Below, in pieces: positions 19,522 through 31,097 of a stretch of 64,000 nt of DNA. The position numbers were made by a program, and so were the translations under genes. The notes below the pieces were generated by a model. That model was given only the letters and a program-made list of their open reading frames with translations, did no database searches and was not told the origin of the DNA. Source of the DNA: Meyerozyma guilliermondii (lineage: Eukaryota); the NCBI GenBank assembly GCA_051546255.1, contig CP128816.1, positions 372,001 through 436,000 of the forward strand, read 5' to 3'. How positions within the stretch are numbered: the first letter of the stretch is position 1; the number at the start of each line of letters is the position of its first letter.

Positions 19522-22290
19522 ATGGCAGAATTTTATAGACACCTTCTTTCCCAGCTCTTATTGTTGGTGCCTGCCTCCAAGTTCCAGCCGCCCTCTTCAG
19601 ATGACCCAGACCCTCACACAGAGGTTATTGACGTAGTTAGTGCAATTCTCGCTGGCAACTCGGGTTCCATTTTCACAGATACTAGGTATAAAGGAGTGTT
19701 TTACAATGCTAATGCTTTACGTGTGTTATCCCAGTATCCCAATATAAGCTTGAAGAGTGCATTACACGGCTATGTGGACGAAATTATCAAGTCTGTGGAA
19801 CAGAGCTCTTCGACCGATTCTCGACTTTTAGTGCAATTAACTGCAATTGTTGCATTGCAATTATTCATCCAGCTCAATTTTACTGGACCAAATGTTGACT
19901 TTAAGGCTCACGAGCTCTTAATGCCCCATGCTGACTACGAAAATTTGCACTTGGACCTCATAGACTTGCTCACCGTTGAGGGCCAACAGGCATATGAGCT
20001 TATGAATGAACCATTGCTTTTCATTATAGCCAGTTTGATGTTTGAAAGATTGATGAATGTGGGACCACAGTACTCGTTTATTGGCAAAGATATGAACGTA
20101 GAGCTTGACCAAATGGTAGAAGCCACTAGACCTTTGGTCGCCAATCCAAGCATAGAAGACGCTTCGCTTTTCTGGTGGAGATCACGAGCGTTGCAAATCC
20201 ACATCTCGCTCCTATCAGAACCTCCAAGTGTTTTGACGAGTATATCGGCACTTTTGCTCGGTCCTTCCACGGCAGAAGTTTTGGCTCATGGAAATGACAC
20301 TCTTCTGTCACTTGTCAAATACGAGTTTCTCATAGAAACCGCTCGAGCCAGCATTCATTCATACACAGAACATTTGGCTACCTCACTTTTGGCGAGAGCA
20401 TCAGAGGTTACTGAGTTGCAATTTGTGTTGACTGGAGCTAAGGCTAAACGAACAAAGTTCCAAACATTCACCACATCTTCGTTGGTATTGCTAGCAAAGA
20501 GCAAAGGGTCTACTTTACTCGATGAAGACACGGCCGAGGAACCAGCAAAGTTCAATTTGGATTCAGACCTTCTTCTCGAACGTCCACAGTACGATGCTCT
20601 CGAAGACATAAAAGAACCCGTTTCTAAAAAGACCAAATTTGAAGATGAGGACCAGAAAAACGAAGTTCCGCTCTTGCCTATAGCACGTCACCAAGACCAA
20701 ATTCCTTTGGAGCTTTCAGCCTTGGATCCCAACGATCAACCCGCATTGAACGACTTGGACAACCTTCAGCTTTTGCTCCGTTTGATGGTGCTTCGCCAAT
20801 CTTCGCCAGCTAGCAATTCGCTTGTCGAAGAAGAGCTCATGGCAATTGTGAGCAGAGTCATATATCAACCATCGAAATCTGTCAACTGGGCCATTTTTGG
20901 AAGGGCGTTATGGGAGAGATCACTATTGGAAACAAGCAAGGCTCGGACCGTGGAAAGAGGAATATTACAGATGACATCGTTAGTTGAAGAAATCGGTCTC
21001 AAGATTAAAACCAGGCTTTTGCCTCAGGAAATGGAAGCGAACAACTCTTCCCCAGCTGCTTCTCGGCTCCGGTTCATCCACCAACTTCCGTTGATGCCAC
21101 AGTGGACCATGGACGTTAAGTTGGCAGAAAAGTACATGTCTTTGGGAGTGTTGAAGTCTGCGTTGGAAATCTACGAAAGACTTCATTTGGAATGCGAAGT
21201 GGCACTTTGTCATGCTGCGGTTGACAACGAAACTGAGGCGGAAAACGTCCTCTTACGTCGTTTAGAACAGCACCCCAACGATGCCAGAGCCACATCAATT
21301 CTCGGTGATATTCGCCAGGACCCTCAGCTCTGGGAACGAGCCTGGGAAATTGGAAGGTACTCAAAAGCAAAGAACTCGTTATCGAGGTATTACTATAACC
21401 CTCCAGCAAATTCTGGACTTTCCAAAGACTTGGAAGCAGCACTTTTACATATGAGTGATTGTTTGAGGGCCGACCCACTTAATTTTGAAAATTGGTTCTT
21501 TTACGGCTGTTGTGGACTCGAAACTGCAAACTACGAATTAGCATCGGAGGCATTTACTCGTTGTGTTTCGTTAGATGACTCGAATTCGCATGCTTGGTCC
21601 AACTTGGCTACGGCGCTTCTAAGATTAGACAAGACCAGACCAGCATTCAATGCTTTGAAAAAGGCAATGGTGAGTTCAAAAGAAGGTAAGCGGTCTTGGA
21701 GAATTCATGAAAACTTTGTCATTGTTGCCATGAAACTCAATGAATGGTCTGATGTCTTACAAGCGACCAGAGAATTGATAGACATGAAAGAAGGTGGAGA
21801 GTCAAGTATCGATATTCCTGTCATTGAAAAGTTGGTGGAAATTCTCGTGGCCACAGATTATCCTAAGGAGGGAGAGAGATTGACTCATTATCAGAACTCG
21901 TGTATTGATTTGGTGTGCAATATGCTTCCTAATGTAATTACCAACTCTGGTAGATGTTGGAGAATTGTTGCTCGAGTTCATATCTGGAGAAAGAAGCCAT
22001 GGGAGGCATTGGAATGCTACGAGAAAGCTTATCGAGCGGTATCCCAAAAGCATGATTTGAGTACCAACGAAACCATTTGGAATGAAGCTGTAGAGGCTTG
22101 TGAAGACTTGGTCGCAGCATATGAGTCTCTTGGAGAGCTTCCAGGCAAACATGGAGCCGACGATTTAGTGTGCAAGGACTGGAAATACAAAAGCAAAACG
22201 ACAATCAGATCGTTAATGTCGAAGGGAAAGCTGATGTGGGAAGATAGTCAAGGCTGGGATCGCTTAATGGCGCTCAAAGAAAACTTATGA
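19522..22290 (+). CDS. EMW1: TPR protein Emw1/TTC27
   Basis: LTGAKAKRTKFQ, ALWERSLLE...RTVERG, TPR array, DWKYK; PAC/RRPE-like GCTCATCGAAATTTT upstream. Confidence 0.9.
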   Translation: MAEFYRHLLSQLLLLVPASKFQPPSSDDPDPHTEVIDVVSAILAGNSGSIFTDTRYKGVFYNANALRVLSQYPNISLKSALHGYVDEIIKSVEQSSSTDSRLLVQLTAIVALQLFIQLNFTGPNVDFKAHELLMPHADYENLHLDLIDLLTVEGQQAYELMNEPLLFIIASLMFERLMNVGPQYSFIGKDMNVELDQMVEATRPLVANPSIEDASLFWWRSRALQIHISLLSEPPSVLTSISALLLGPSTAEVLAHGNDTLLSLVKYEFLIETARASIHSYTEHLATSLLARASEVTELQFVLTGAKAKRTKFQTFTTSSLVLLAKSKGSTLLDEDTAEEPAKFNLDSDLLLERPQYDALEDIKEPVSKKTKFEDEDQKNEVPLLPIARHQDQIPLELSALDPNDQPALNDLDNLQLLLRLMVLRQSSPASNSLVEEELMAIVSRVIYQPSKSVNWAIFGRALWERSLLETSKARTVERGILQMTSLVEEIGLKIKTRLLPQEMEANNSSPAASRLRFIHQLPLMPQWTMDVKLAEKYMSLGVLKSALEIYERLHLECEVALCHAAVDNETEAENVLLRRLEQHPNDARATSILGDIRQDPQLWERAWEIGRYSKAKNSLSRYYYNPPANSGLSKDLEAALLHMSDCLRADPLNFENWFFYGCCGLETANYELASEAFTRCVSLDDSNSHAWSNLATALLRLDKTRPAFNALKKAMVSSKEGKRSWRIHENFVIVAMKLNEWSDVLQATRELIDMKEGGESSIDIPVIEKLVEILVATDYPKEGERLTHYQNSCIDLVCNMLPNVITNSGRCWRIVARVHIWRKKPWEALECYEKAYRAVSQKHDLSTNETIWNEAVEACEDLVAAYESLGELPGKHGADDLVCKDWKYKSKTTIRSLMSKGKLMWEDSQGWDRLMALKENL

Positions 22291-22291
22291 G

Positions 22292-23272
22292 TTAGTTGAG
22301 ATCATTGATAACCTCGATAGTATCTAAAGCGAAAGAGGCCAATCTGATACTTGGTTCTGGTGATTGAGGTTTTCTCTTTTTGCGGCTAAGTTTTGGCATT
22401 GGGGGAGGAACATCAACTGCCGGCTCGAGAGACATGGCTAAGAAATTCTTGACATTTGACCAGTGTTGATAGATACTCGAGTTCAAGTTGAGGAAAATGC
22501 GGTCAATGAAAAGGACAAGATACCAAAGTGATTTTCGACTAGGATTAGAGTGTTCAAGTTTCAACACGAAAATCATGGAATAAATTGCAGCCAACGTATA
22601 AGAACTTCCAACCAATGAAACACAGATACACATATCTGCATAAGCTTCCACCATTTTCACCGGCACTCGAAGATAGTCGTAAAGAGGTCTAACGGCAACA
22701 CAAATTTGGACTTCTGGACTTAAGTGATTGAGCAAGTAGTGACTCAAATCTAGCAATGAATGGAGCATTACTGGAATCACAAACCATGGTTGCAAACCGG
22801 CATGGACTAGCACCAAGCTCTTCATAATGTAAAGGCATGGACTCATGGCCACAGGGGTCATTATACAATGTTGTGGAGGCTCATCGGGTAGATTGTGCTG
22901 TTCTAGGAAGTAATACTTGGTAAGGACCATGGCATTTGTGCTGAAATAAAGGTGGTACACAATCCCACTAAAGTTCTTACTCAAGAGAGTTGTCACCGAG
23001 AGAATGATAAGTAGCACATTTAATGCAAGGAACAACCGCTGGAAGAGTATATTCGATTGACTCTTCCATTTTTCAAGGGTCTGCTGTCTAATCAGACTCC
23101 GTATACATTTGGCACACAGGTCAAGTTGACGGAAAAGCCAACGGCAGAATACAAACAAACTTTCAAGTTCAGGCGCAAATCTCATAACATCTTTCATGGT
23201 TGGACTGTGGAGAGGATAAACCCTTGGCATAGTAGAAAAAATGTTTGGATCACAAATGCAATTTGCACCCAT
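22292..23272 (-). CDS. Multi-pass membrane protein of unknown function; weak resemblance to the TMEM33/Pom33 family
   Basis: About 326-codon ORF with several hydrophobic segments; IYSMIFVLKLEHS...LVLFID recalls TMEM33. Start uncertain. Confidence 0.55.
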   Translation of the reverse strand: MGANCICDPNIFSTMPRVYPLHSPTMKDVMRFAPELESLFVFCRWLFRQLDLCAKCIRSLIRQQTLEKWKSQSNILFQRLFLALNVLLIILSVTTLLSKNFSGIVYHLYFSTNAMVLTKYYFLEQHNLPDEPPQHCIMTPVAMSPCLYIMKSLVLVHAGLQPWFVIPVMLHSLLDLSHYLLNHLSPEVQICVAVRPLYDYLRVPVKMVEAYADMCICVSLVGSSYTLAAIYSMIFVLKLEHSNPSRKSLWYLVLFIDRIFLNLNSSIYQHWSNVKNFLAMSLEPAVDVPPPMPKLSRKKRKPQSPEPSIRLASFALDTIEVINDLN

Positions 23273-23970
23273 GCTGCACAATGCGGCTCAGATTGTCGAG
23301 GTGCATCGAGAGGAAGTAAACGAAGTTAAACAAGGTTTACTTCCATGCAGTAGTCAGTATACAGAAACGATCAAGTTGAATTATGGAGTCTTGAAGTAAC
23401 ATGTTACAAATTGTAAAATGTTGCATTCATTACTGATTGTTTCAGATGCCTTACTAGGCTCGAGCCGCAGACTACACAGCCGCGCTAGACCTTTGTAACA
23501 TGAAATTGGTGTCTGGGTTGTGATTCAGGGGTATTGTTTGAAGAACTTCAAGAGAGATCTGGTTCTAATTTGACTGCATTGTTTGGTAGAATAGAATAAA
23601 ACTACAAAAAATTATTCTATATAATCTTTCAAATCTGTTTCTTCCAATATTTCCAGTAGAACCTTTTTGGCCAAAGTTTGCCATTGCCGCTTCCAGCCTC
23701 AAACTCCTTCTCTTAACTCTAATATCACCACCGTAAAACCATCAGCTTTCCTCTCACACTTTTACCTGTTTCATCTGTCTTCTCTGCCCCATCTCATTCG
23801 TCCCGATTTGGCAGGTGCCATTAGTGCGCACAAAATCGCGATCCCGCGAACAAAACCTCGACACCTGTTTACTACTTGTCCCAGCTGTTTACACCTTTAC
23901 CCAAGTCTTGCGGTGTCTTTTATTCCAATAACATACACTCGCGTACTCTCTCTAATCACAACCTTCGCAA

Positions 23971-25062
23971 ATGAGAATGGTGGACGACAAATATATCGGA
24001 TTAGCTTTGGCCATGTCTTCTTCCTTGGCCATAGGAACATCTTTCATCATAACAAAAAAGGGCCTTATGGACTCCAGTGCCCGAAACGGGTCCGATATGA
24101 ACCAGGGCCATGAATACTTGCAAAATCCCATCTGGTGGGCCGGAATGATCACCATGGCTATCGGAGAAATCGCCAACTTTGCCGCGTACACTTTTGCTCC
24201 TGCCATTTTGGTGACTCCCTTGGGAGCCCTCTCTGTCATTATTGGAGCTGTGCTCGCTGCTGTGTTCCTCAAGGAAGAATTGGGGACATTGGGAAAAATG
24301 GGATGTGCAATTTGCTTGATGGGTTCGGTGATCATTGTGTTGCACGCACCGCCCGACAAAGACATTCAAACTGTCGACGAAATTTTGGGATACGCTACTC
24401 GTCCAGGATTTCTCTTCTACTGCTTTCTTGTGACTGTCTACTCCCTTTTCGTCATCTACAAAATCGTGCCTAAATACGGTGAAACAAACCCCATGATTTA
24501 CATTTCCATTTGCTCATCGGTGGGCTCTATCTCTGTGATGTCCATCAAGGCGTTTGGCATTGCTCTCAAACTCACGTTGCTGGGTAATAATCAGTTCACA
24601 CACGTTTCTACCTACCTTTTCATCATGGTGGTGGTGGTGTGTATTCTCACACAAATGAATTACTTCAATAAGGCTTTGGACCAGTTTGATACCTCGATTG
24701 TCAATCCGTTGTACTACGTGACATTCACCACATTCACGCTTCTCGCGTCGTTCATTCTCTTCCGTGGATTCAATACCGCGTCTGCCATCAACATTATCTC
24801 GTTACTTATCGGTTTCCTTATCATTTTCTCTGGAGTGTATCTTCTCAACATCTCACGCAAAGATAACGAGGGAAGAACAAGAGAAATCTTTGGTATCCAC
24901 TCGTCGAAGGACATGGCTCCATTAGACAATGGAGTAGGCGGTTTTTCGTCGATGAGAAGGTCGATGCAACAGAGTCGTGATTATGACGAAGAGACGGTTG
25001 GATTACGCCGGTTTGATAGTTTTGAAATTGGAAGCGACGAGGATGTTAGTCACAGGAGATAG
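23971..25062 (+). CDS. NIPA-family magnesium transporter
   Basis: DKYIGL.LA, GEIANFAAYTFAPAILVTPLGALSV, QMNYFNKALDQFDTS. Confidence 0.92.
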   Translation: MRMVDDKYIGLALAMSSSLAIGTSFIITKKGLMDSSARNGSDMNQGHEYLQNPIWWAGMITMAIGEIANFAAYTFAPAILVTPLGALSVIIGAVLAAVFLKEELGTLGKMGCAICLMGSVIIVLHAPPDKDIQTVDEILGYATRPGFLFYCFLVTVYSLFVIYKIVPKYGETNPMIYISICSSVGSISVMSIKAFGIALKLTLLGNNQFTHVSTYLFIMVVVVCILTQMNYFNKALDQFDTSIVNPLYYVTFTTFTLLASFILFRGFNTASAINIISLLIGFLIIFSGVYLLNISRKDNEGRTREIFGIHSSKDMAPLDNGVGGFSSMRRSMQQSRDYDEETVGLRRFDSFEIGSDEDVSHRR

Positions 25063-25199
25063 ACACTATGAACAGTGTAAAATAAGAATTCATGGAAACA
25101 AAGTAGTTCACGAAAGATATATCAGAATAAACTATAGATTTATAAAGATGTTATCCAATATACTTTCCACCAAATCGAAATCTCTCCAAATACGCGGTA

Positions 25200-25661
25200 T
25201 TAAATGTCATCTATGTCCAACTCGTCGTCGTCTTCATCATCATCGCTATCCTCCGCACCAAACTCAAAGTTCACTTCCTCGTCGTCATCGGCACCAAACG
25301 TATCGGTTTCGTTAATCTTGGCGTTCTCTGGTAATTCTCCTACATTCTTCAACGTACGAGCTTCGTCCGAGTTATACTTGTGTACCACATCACATTGATC
25401 ATCCTGGAAATCTCTCAACGAAACAAGAATGATATCTCCTTGTCCCATCCACACACGCTTTCTCAACTTACCTCTAATGTGACCCATACGTTTTATTCCG
25501 TCGAAACAACTGACTTCAATACGTCCATTTCCAAGCATCTTTGTAATTTGTGCATATTCTTGGCCGTCTTCTCTGTAGATCAACTCACGCTTTTGTCCTC
25601 CGTTAAAGTTCTTTCCTCTTCTTCTGTTTTTGCCTCCTTTTCCTTTACCTGTTTTACCCAT
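25200..25661 (-). CDS. TIF11: Translation initiation factor eIF1A
   Basis: [25 protein letters not shown], acidic tail LDIDDI; RRPE-like TGAAAATTTT at 25681. Confidence 0.98.
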   Translation of the reverse strand: MGKTGKGKGGKNRRRGKNFNGGQKRELIYREDGQEYAQITKMLGNGRIEVSCFDGIKRMGHIRGKLRKRVWMGQGDIILVSLRDFQDDQCDVVHKYNSDEARTLKNVGELPENAKINETDTFGADDDEEVNFEFGAEDSDDDEDDDELDIDDI

Positions 25662-25780
25662 GTTTGTGAAGCGTTGGTACTGAAAATTTTATCTTTGCAC
25701 TGATTGTCCCTGCAGACAACCCGTTCCCACCTAAATTCCTGCAGACAATCCACACATCTATCGTTTCTCTTCTTGTTACT

Positions 25781-26692
25781 ATGGACTCATTCGAAGCCAC
25801 CAGCCAGTTTTCCCAGGTGTTGAGGACACTCACGCTGTCGGTTCAGAGTCTTACTCGAGCAGCACACTTTGCCTTAAAAAACAGTGATTCGGAAGATTAT
25901 TTATTTCGTGCAATATTAGATGTTATCGACTCTCCAGATGTCGACTTGAACTGCAAATGTTCAGTTTTCCAGCTAGTTGATGTGTTGTTGCACGAGTCAT
26001 ACTTTTATTCGCAGCTGCCGAAGTCCAGTTATAACTATCCTTACGTTCACAGTCTCAAAAACGCCGTTCCTTCTTTGATCCTCAAGGTGCTTCCTGGCTC
26101 CAATAATCAGAATCTTTATAATGTGTTCACCAGCTTGAAAAATATCCTGAAAACCCTCAAATTGGTTTATGAGGACTACGAGAAACAGTACATGTCGGGA
26201 AAGGACCTTTTGACCGAAGAAGATATGCAGAATATTGAACAAGATGTTCCATTCAACGAGGACAATTTTGTGGTTGACGAGTCCGCCGTGGACCCCATAA
26301 TAAAGGCTTGGACTTTGCTCGTTATGAAGAAAAAACAAGGTCATTATGAACGTCTCCGCCTTCTTAAACATAAACTACACTCAAATGATAACGAAAACGA
26401 CGAGGTGATGTTTGGTGTTCGAGGACCGCAAAATGACGACAAGCAATTACTCACGAAAAAGCAGATTCTCATGCGAATGGAGGACGACCGAGAATCCCAC
26501 AAACGGTCCAAAGAGAGCCTTTGGCTTGTCAATCGTCCTCGAGACACCAATGTAATTACTGAAGACGAATTTTTCACCCAATACTGGACCAAGATCAAAC
26601 CTTTCGACGACGGTGAAAAGGCATCTTTTCTCCAAAACTTGGACGACCTCAACAAAATGGTGGCTGCAAGCTACAAAGACAAGCAGTTCTGA
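25781..26692 (+). CDS. CTK3: CTDK-I gamma subunit
   Basis: MDSFEA..QF start; QILMRMEDDRESHKRSKESLW motif. Confidence 0.88.
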   Translation: MDSFEATSQFSQVLRTLTLSVQSLTRAAHFALKNSDSEDYLFRAILDVIDSPDVDLNCKCSVFQLVDVLLHESYFYSQLPKSSYNYPYVHSLKNAVPSLILKVLPGSNNQNLYNVFTSLKNILKTLKLVYEDYEKQYMSGKDLLTEEDMQNIEQDVPFNEDNFVVDESAVDPIIKAWTLLVMKKKQGHYERLRLLKHKLHSNDNENDEVMFGVRGPQNDDKQLLTKKQILMRMEDDRESHKRSKESLWLVNRPRDTNVITEDEFFTQYWTKIKPFDDGEKASFLQNLDDLNKMVAASYKDKQF

Positions 26693-26732
26693 TAGCTCTC
26701 ATCTGTGTCATATCTATCTCATGTAATATATT

Positions 26733-29700
26733 CTATAACTCTTTACCTACTTTGGACAACATAACAAGAACCTCGTTCTTTCCTCCCACGCAATATCTAG
26801 CCGACGACTTCAAGTTCGCCTCAGCCCCAAACGAGGTAACTGTTTGCACTTCGTAGCCATCACCAGCCAAAGAATTGGCATACTCGAAACATGGCTCGTC
26901 GATCTGGGTTGTACCACCGATTACGAACAAAGACTTGACCTCTTCTGCCTCCAACGCCTGCATCATCGATGAAGTACTTTGTACTGGCGACAAGGTTCCT
27001 GGGGAAATCGCCAACTTTGCCTTAAACTGGTCAATGATGTCGGCTGGACTTACGCCTTTTTGGGTATGATTGTGGAATTGAACCAAAAATTCAAGTGCTC
27101 GCAATGAGAGCAAATTCTGCTGAACAATCACCACATTTTTGCTGATAAAAGCATGAACACCGTCCAGTTCTTGAAACAAATCATTTACATGCTGGATGCA
27201 ATCTCCCATCATGTCGATACTCCGCTCTCTATCCTCCATGAATGCTTTACCTGGACGGAAGCTAACAGTGCAATCTTCAACTTCCATGAACGAACCAGGC
27301 AACCGCTCCACCTTGGACTGAATCAACAGGCGAACCTGGGGCATCCAGGCTCCAACTTCGTTTTCATCAGTCAATGTTAACCACTGTTTCGAGTCGACTA
27401 TCTTGATATAGCCACCATTCTCTGCAACAAGACCCAAACGAGGTATACCTCCGTAGAATCTATCCAAGTCCAGTCGGCGAAGAACACTCACAAGGTAAAC
27501 CCTGTTGGAAGTGTCACTCAATAAACCTTCAAGAAGCTTGGAAATGGTGGATGGTTCAGAAAATGAAGCTGATTTGCCGGCTACTGCTGCAGCATTGGTA
27601 ACAGACTTCATAGCCGCGACCACTGTATTGGGGTCTTGACCGCCAATGACGGTTGCAGTCTCCAAATTCAAGAAGAATAAACGATTGGCTTGGTTTTTGC
27701 GGTAAAATTGTTGGAAAATCTCCTCTGTAAAACGAATCATCTTACCATTATGTCTGGCTTCTTCGCGAGCCCATGCTTGGTTGATATCCTTCAAGCAAGA
27801 AGCTATCCAAGTATTGGAGTCGTGAGTGAGAATCATGTCGTACATGTTCTTCCACCTGCGCTCTTTTTCCTCCTTGGACATGGTTAACAGTTGCTTGAAT
27901 GTCTCTGCAAATGCCTTCAAACTCCAAGGATTGAGCAACAAGGCTCCTTGTCCCCTACAGTCCAAAATCTGAGACGAACCAGCAAACTCGGAGATCATCA
28001 ATGGTGACTTCTTTTCACTGGTTGCAATCACAAACTCGTGGCACGTCAAGTTCAAACCTTCACGCATAGACGATACAACGAAAACATCCGCTTCGCATTG
28101 TAAGGCAACGTACTGGTCAAAGTCAATGTCTTGCTGAAGAAAAACCACAGGCTGGCTGATGGAGATGTTCTCAGGAAGCGAGTTGATACGAGAAACAATG
28201 CCCAAAAGCTCACTTTCATAGTCTGGATCGTGTGAGGTGCCAATACAGATCTGGATCAACACTGTGTTATCAATGTATTCTGGGTTTGAGAGAAGAAATC
28301 TCTCGTACGCAAGAAGTTTCTGCTTGATTCCTCGAAGCTTATCGAGCTTATCTCTACTCACAATGAGCTTCTGATCTCCCCATCTTTCGCGGATCATCTG
28401 TCTCCAGTCCGTGACATCTTCCGTTCGAGTAACTGGACCAAACTTCTCAGCATCAATGCCAATTGGTATGGTGGAAGTCATTACAAAATTCTTGTCATAC
28501 GTCAACCCCAACTCATTGGTATCTGCCAAAAGCAACCGAGAGCAGGTTTGCAAAAAGTGACGAACGTACTCTTCCGTTTGAAACGAAATACAATTGGCGC
28601 CAAGCATGCCCTCCAAAAGACTCTTACGCTGGGCGAAGCATCGGAAAACTTCTGACAGAGGAAACGAAACGTGAAGGAAAAACCCAATTTTGGCGTCAGG
28701 AAGCTGTTCACGAACCATTTTTGGTGCAAGCAAAAGGTGGTAATCATGGATCCAAATGATGTTTTCGGGATCATTGGGGTCCTTTCCAGCATTTTCTCTC
28801 TTGTAAGTCTCCACCAATTTGTCTGCAATGAGCTGGTTTAAAGCCTTGTATTGCTCCCATGAATGCTCTTCAAATGCCTTCGATTTGGGGTCGTCTGGAA
28901 TCTGGTAGTGGAGAGTGGGCCACAAGATTTGCTTGCAAAACGACTTATAGTGGCCCTGGAAGATATCATCGTTTGGAAAAACCGCTTCGCTATCATAGTC
29001 GTCATGGAGAGTTTTCGTAATATCGTCTATAACTTTTTGGGGAACCGCATCGCTGGGCATGGCAATGGTACCTACCCACTTTCGTTTGTGAATTTTTCCA
29101 TCACGAAGAGCCTGGTCCACTGCCTTGATCAACGACCCATTGCCCTTTCTGTAACTTGCTACACTCCAAGGAGCAGTCTCAAAGATATTCGAGTGGGAAA
29201 GTATTCCGTCTTCAAGCGAAGGTTTGGAAAAACCGCCATAAGGAGCCAACTTTGACGACGACCGGGCGTGCGAAATATCATTAAAGTCATTGGCCCAGTC
29301 GTCCTTGCCGTCAAGATGAACCGAACCAAGATTTGAGGCCTCCTCGTGGATGGAACTGGTGCTATTGTTGCCATGAAGAGTGAACGGAGAAGGACGGTTT
29401 ATAGTACGTCTAGCAGTTGGGGCGGAAGTATTGGTTTGGTTACTGAGTGCTGCCAAGTTGGTGTACGAGCTCAGAGTCGAACTGCCCATTCCAGCAAGAT
29501 TGCTTGAAGAACGGTTGATTTTGAGAGACGGCAAGCCGACATCGTCCACCTGTTTTTTCACATCAACCACCAGTTTTTGTGGCTGTGGCCCCGCAGGACG
29601 AGCTCTTGGCTGGATATACTGCGGAGTAGGCGACTGGCTTTGGGCTGATCTCTGGAGATTACCTACAAGTGGATTGTTCTGCAGCGGCTGCTGGCCCCCA

Positions 29701-30154
29701 CCACGACCATCGTAAGACAAGCCACGGTTCAATTTTTTCTCGTAGAAAAACAGCTCCGCAGACTCCTTGGTTTGGTCGCTTGTCGCTGGGTTGTTGGCAT
29801 TATTGGTTTTGTGGGGATTGGAACCAAATTCGGGAGCCTGTGCTAAGGAAGGAAGAATAGATGCAGAATTATCTTGAGCTAAACCGTCTTTTATCTCCAG
29901 TTTTGCTTTCTCCGACGAAAGTAGACTGTGTTTCCGTACCTCTCGTGCCTCTTTTTGGGCGTGTTGGGCCGAAGAACCTTCTTGAGTGACTTCGATCTCG
30001 TAGGCAGCCAGATCGGCTACCTCGAATTGAACGGTATGGGGAAGAAAACTTTGGTTAGTTGATGTTTGTGGAGGTGTACAGACGGGCTAGTTTGCCCAAA
30101 ATGGCTTTTTTTTGCTTGGAATTGTACTTACAGTGATCCTACGATAATTGTCAT
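26733..30154 (-). CDS. TPS3: Trehalose synthase complex regulatory subunit Tps3/Tsl1, spliced (exons 30154-30132 and 30048-26733), 1112 aa
   Basis: GT20 motifs CKQILWPTLHYQ, WIHDYHLLL, REGLNLTCHEF. Splicing GTAAGT...AACTAACCAAAG gives the family start MTIIVGSLFLPHTVQFE. Confidence 0.9.
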
Positions 30155-31097
30155 GATGGTTATCTGTGGTGAACAGAGACTTTAGTTAGTTGCTTGTCAC
30201 GTGACGCGCCGAGCAATCTAGTCCGAGATGACAATGCGAGAAATAGAAGGCAATAGAACTTTCTGAAGAAGCGATATAGTAGATGTAAAATCACGGAAGT
30301 GGGCGACTTTAACGTAGTGCATTAGACTGTGTTAGTCAATTTTGCGAATTGTGGATTGGTCCCAATTGAAAATGCATCAATGCACCAACTACAGTATAAA
30401 AGTTGCTATACGAAGAGTTGCTAATCCAAAGGGATTTCCTGATGTAGAAACAGTTCTCGACCGAATTGCGGAACCTCCATTTCCTGCCGTGAATACACGT
30501 GTAGGCGGTACCGGACGATACAAAGACATCCAGTACACCAATTCAACAGCCATGTTTCTGGCAATTTCTTCAGCCAGTGTGCAGTTTAGCAACGTCAAAC
30601 TGGTTGACGATCCCATAATGTGAGATTGTTGGCAGTACGTGATTACGGTAAGCTGGTGGAAGTGCTTTGTCTAATAGAAAACAATTGGTAATTGTAAAAG
30701 CTGCAAAATTATGAAAAATTGAAAATAAGTGTAAAAAGAATCAAAGCTGACAACCGCTTCTCATCAGTTAAACAGATTATCCTTGAATTTTAGTCACTTA
30801 TCTTGTATTATGCAATCGAAAAAGTTATTTATAAGAGAAGTTGTTCAGAAGAATTAGTCAGTGAGCATGTAATATAGCCATCACAGACTTATAATTCACC
30901 CTGAAAAAGTTCTCAGCTTGAGAAATTGTCGCTCATAATCTCGGTTTCCTTCGTTTGCAATTTCTAGCCTACTTAAACGGGCGAAAGGGGAGGTCTTAAA
31001 GTAGTTGGTTCACGGCATCTGGCTGCGAATTCCTGCACTTGCCCTTCGCAAGTGGTTGTGTCTCCTTGCACCCGCTGCACCAGTTCCCCAGATCATC

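Noticed and set aside
30325..30337. Minus-strand GACTAACACAG acceptor-like signal
   Set aside because: No credible donor upstream and no ORF gained.
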